In this document: positions 5,403 through 7,389 of the stretch, in pieces
Numbering within the stretch: position 1 is the stretch's first letter
How the letters are laid out: each line of letters opens with the position of its first letter
Assembly: GCF_000150275.1 (NCBI RefSeq)
Contig: NW_002061241.1
Span: forward strand, 1 to 7,389
Source: Trichoplax adhaerens
Taxonomy: Eukaryota > Animalia > Placozoa
Direction: 5' to 3'
Length of the DNA: 7,389 nucleotides
The notes under the pieces: generated by a model
Database searches by the model: none
What the model saw: the letters and a program-made list of their open reading frames with translations, nothing else
Told to the model about the DNA's origin: nothing
Position numbers and translations under genes: made by a program

Positions 5403-7389
5403 CTGCAATTTGAGAATCAAAATAAAGTGTTATCTACGTCACATTTCTTGTCTCAAACTAATATTGGTACTATAGCATGATCACTCTCTTCCTCTATACA
5501 CATATTAGAAGGAACTGTATCATTTATAAAACATATTACAATTTGTATCGCATCAGAACACGATGCCTGCTAAACAAGCATCTATTGCATACCGTAGAGA
5601 GTATCGTCACTGTAGCTTTAAATTTTTTAGAATAGTGATTAGAGGCTGCAGTAACAGCTCGATGGAATGCTTCGAAATTTTGTTCTTCGACAGGTTTCTT
5701 ACCCCATTCTAGGCAAAGTTCCTTTATTACAGAAGAAATAACCAAAATGTAAAACAATTTATACATAATATTATTATTGTCATTTATTCGTGCTATATGA
5801 GCATTGCAGAGTTATTATGTCATAATTCTATTATAATTCTACTATATTATCAGTGTGAGAATAGTCAATAGAGACGAAAAGGATAAAATATCTTTTGCTT
5901 GAAATTTTCATCATTACATGCTATACTTTACAACAATATTATTGATTATTAACATATACTTTCATTCATATCTGATTTTTCAAAGTGCAATGATCATTAT
6001 TATTTATATATAGATTAACTAGAAATGAATCTATAACCATGTAGAAAGCTTAAAAGCATAAATGTTTACTTGAATGCGTTTTTCTTTCTTTTGGAAGATA
6101 GTTTGCTTTCTTTTTAGAGCCAATATTTCAGATTTCAATTGAGAAATTTCACTACCATCATTGTCTTGACGTGTTATTACTAAATCCTTACGTATGTTGA
6201 AATCCTGAATACTGTCCATTTCACGTAATTCCTTGGGAATTGATGAGTTAATAATTAATTGAAATCATAAATTAGCTTTTCCAGTATATTCCAATACACC
6301 AAACTTTGTAATATCGACTAGACTATTGCGTTTATATTAGAAAATAACGATAATGCGTGTATGCGAACATTCAGGTTAATCATATGCAAGTGTATATATT
6401 TATATTTAATGTAATTAAGCTTCAATGGATAATAATAATATCTAAAGTTGTTCGTCTCTTATTTAAACAAAATTGCCGTTTGAGTTAAAATTTTACAAGG
6501 GATAAAGGATATCACAGCTGTAGTCTTACCTTTGTGGACATCTTTAATAATCTTGGATCGGCGACACTATCTTCTTGCTTACCATATACATAAAATGTTA
6601 GGTAACCTTGTTCGAACCAATCCAGATGGTCTCGAGTAATAACTGATATATTCACAGTATGAGTATGATTATACTCTGGTGATAATGTATTATTTATGGT
6701 TTCTGTTTGGGTGTGCGTTTTTTCGCCATAACTTTTGTACTTGACTAGTATACCTTTACTAAATCGAGCTTTATGGATTTCAGCATTCCTAATTGTGACC
6801 TAAAGAGTGAAAACGATATGATTTGCAGAATTGTTGTACTAGGTAAGCAAGCTAGAAAATTTTTATTATTGTGAAAACTTATTACTTCAATAATCAAGTA
6901 GTATCTTAATATCTACATCAGATCTATATCGTAACAGTAGTTACTATTTATACAAGATTATAACGATTTACATAAGTTTGAAAGTTTTCATTTTTCAAAA
7001 TACACAATTTAATTACCTTGAAGTGATATGGCTTATCAAGCAGATCACCCGGCTCCTCAACGAAGGAATCATTCGGTAGAGGTTTACCATTTGCTAAACA
7101 TGGTGCACAACTAACGGAGATAAATCCTTCTTCAGCGCCCTAGTTTTAATATAAAATTGAATTATTTCATTAACTATGAGATATAAAATAGCCTTATATT
7201 GCTTCATGAGACGCCTTTACAACTACAATCGTAGATACAATACATTTTAAACTTATTGCAACTAGTTATTAAATATACAAATACGATATTCTTCTATAGT
7301 AAATACATTTATCTAAACAAACTCTATTCATAGTCGTACCTTATAATCTGTAATTGTTAATCTATCATCAAAATCTAAGCCGTATGCCA
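5301..7389 (-). CDS. KIF28: Gene B: 3' end of a KIF28-like kinesin (C2-like tail, coiled coil, CaaX terminus), 5' truncated by the window. join complement(7340..>7389,7017..7139,6530..6799,6070..6231,5593..5721,5301..5402)
   Basis: Five phase-0 GT-AG introns join an uninterrupted frame: AYGLDFDDRLTITDYK|GAEEGFISVSCAPCLANGKPLPNDSFVEEPGDLLDKPYHFK|VTIRNAEIHKARFSKGILVKYKSYGEKTHTQTETINNTLSPEYNHTHTVNISVITRDHLDWFEQGYLTFYVYGKQEDSVADPRLLKMSTK|ELREMDSIQD...SEISQLKSEILALKRKQTIFQKKEKRIQ|ELCLEWGKKPVEEQNFEAFHRAVTAASNHYSKKFKATVTILST|IIQGQKLARQSQDFGSTASAGSDVKNSKACNIQ*. The exon structure is read directly. The KIF28 identity rests on recalled tail motifs (ITDYKGxEEG, PC..G, FVxxPxxLL, FxxYGxQ), since no motor domain of this gene is in the window. 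Confidence 0.85.
5593..5721 (-). CDS. KIF28: Gene B penultimate exon (ELCLEW...VTILST)
   Basis: taataaag| 129 nt |gtatgc; overlaps supplied ORF 5536..5766. Confidence 0.85.
6070..6231 (-). CDS. KIF28: Gene B exon, coiled coil (ELREM...KEKRIQ)
   Basis: ttcccaag| 162 nt |gtaaac; overlaps supplied ORF 6031..6219. Confidence 0.88.
6530..6799 (-). CDS. KIF28: Gene B exon, C2-like domain (VTIRNAE...LLKMSTK)
   Basis: ctctttag| 270 nt stop-free |gtaaga. Confidence 0.92.
7017..7139 (-). CDS. KIF28: Gene B exon (GAEEG...KPYHFK)
   Basis: aaactag| 123 nt |gtaatt. Confidence 0.9.
7340..7389 (-). CDS. KIF28: Gene B exon, partial (AYGLDFDDRLTITDYK)
   Basis: Open frame to the window edge; donor AAG|gtacga. 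Confidence 0.88.

Noticed and set aside
3954-5480. Supplied ORFs 3954..4250, 4424..4609, 4652..4933 and 5274..5480
   Set aside because: No homology recognisable. 5274..5480 is antisense to gene B's last exon, and the others have GTG/TTG starts in a eukaryotic context.
5536-6219. ORFs 5536..5766 and 6031..6219 as stand-alone genes
   Set aside because: They are internal exons of gene B read through into flanking introns.
1-7389. Prokaryotic systems, CRISPR array, transposase, tRNA or rRNA
   Set aside because: The spliceosomal intron-exon structure shows the DNA is eukaryotic. No regularly spaced repeats, long TIRs, transposase or RT motifs, or cloverleaf structures were seen.

Overview
AT-rich eukaryotic genomic DNA with short GT-AG introns (about 150-350 nt). 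This is consistent with a compact early-branching animal genome such as a placozoan, but that assignment is inference. Two spliced genes lie head-to-tail on the minus strand, and the supplied ORF track captures neither properly. Gene A (ATG at 2268, running off the left edge) has 9 coding exons, including 14-, 17- and 23-nt pieces. They encode the first 175 aa of a kinesin-3 motor of the KIF28/KLP-6 type, with P-loop GQTGSGKS. Gene B (entering from the right edge, stop at 5301-5303) has 6 visible exons encoding a KIF28-type tail: a C2-like beta domain, a coiled coil and a terminal CaaX motif (SKACNIQ*). The window therefore appears to span the junction between two tandem KIF28-like paralogs. 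The 3 kb spacer holds an RFX X-box/CRE/CCAAT promoter candidate just upstream of gene A, a second orphan promoter-like cluster near 4625-4685, a hairpin-rich exon-like segment and two hairpins with identical closing arms. No mobile element, CRISPR array, tRNA or rRNA was recognised.
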